The notes under the pieces are model-generated. The model worked only from the letters and a program-made list of their open reading frames with translations. It was not told where the DNA came from and made no database searches. Below are positions 63,638 through 64,000 of a stretch of 64,000 nt of DNA, piece after piece. Both the position numbers and the translations under genes were made by a program. How positions within the stretch are numbered: position 1 is the first letter of the stretch; the number at the start of each line of letters is the position of its first letter. Origin of the DNA: Lingula anatina. Its lineage: Eukaryota > Animalia > Brachiopoda. The stretch is from the NCBI GenBank assembly GCA_051362555.1, contig CM120641.1, positions 29,828,401-29,892,400 on the forward strand. The letters are read 5' to 3'.

Positions 63638-64000
63638 AAAAAAGTATGCCTGAAGACATGCATAATTTGTCATATGTCTGTAATTTTGCTTCGGTCTGAC
63701 AGAATTTTCAAGCTTGTCAGACTGAATGTCTGACGGAGTTTCTGGCCTTTCACAGAGTTTGTTCCACAGTATTGGCAGTAGAATGGATATTGAGTGATGG
63801 ACTTAGAAATACACTCTGTGTGCAACAGTTGCTGTGTTCAATTGTTTTCTTGCTCCAAAGGTTGTTCAGTAGCCCTGACAATCCTGGTAAATATCACATT
63901 TACGGATAGAATGATTTTTTAGCTTCTTCCTCCCAGGAAAATTGGTGTCAGTTGACAAGGGGCATGCAATACAGCCTTTGTAAGATAGATTTGAACTTCC

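Overview
AT-rich, intron-rich animal genomic DNA, most likely from a mollusc or other lophotrochozoan (inferred from the repeat types). Splicing GT-AG exons by hand gives four genes: PLEKHD1 (minus strand, 13 exons found, 3' end not located), COQ6 (minus, 12 exons), FAM161 (plus, 5 exons, head-to-head with COQ6, 261 bp between start codons) and ZNF410 (minus, six C2H2 fingers). The ZNF410-FAM161-COQ6 order and orientation match my recollection of human 14q24.3, and PLEKHD1 is also on human 14q24. Between PLEKHD1 and COQ6 lies a DIRS1-type tyrosine-recombinase retrotransposon interrupted by a Ty3/Gypsy element, and both are truncated on the same side. The introns hold many non-autonomous elements (Harbinger-like, Kolobok-like, hAT-like, Helentron/pearl-like) and a LINE endonuclease relic. 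The most unusual signals are: a circularly permuted copy of part of FAM161 inside COQ6 intron 1; a 7x110-bp array stacking decoy splice acceptors in PLEKHD1; a near-consensus ZNF410 binding site in the 5' region of ZNF410 itself; a palindromic MITE whose loop is flipped between its two copies; and a small inverted triplication. Gene identities rest on recalled protein motifs; no database search was run.
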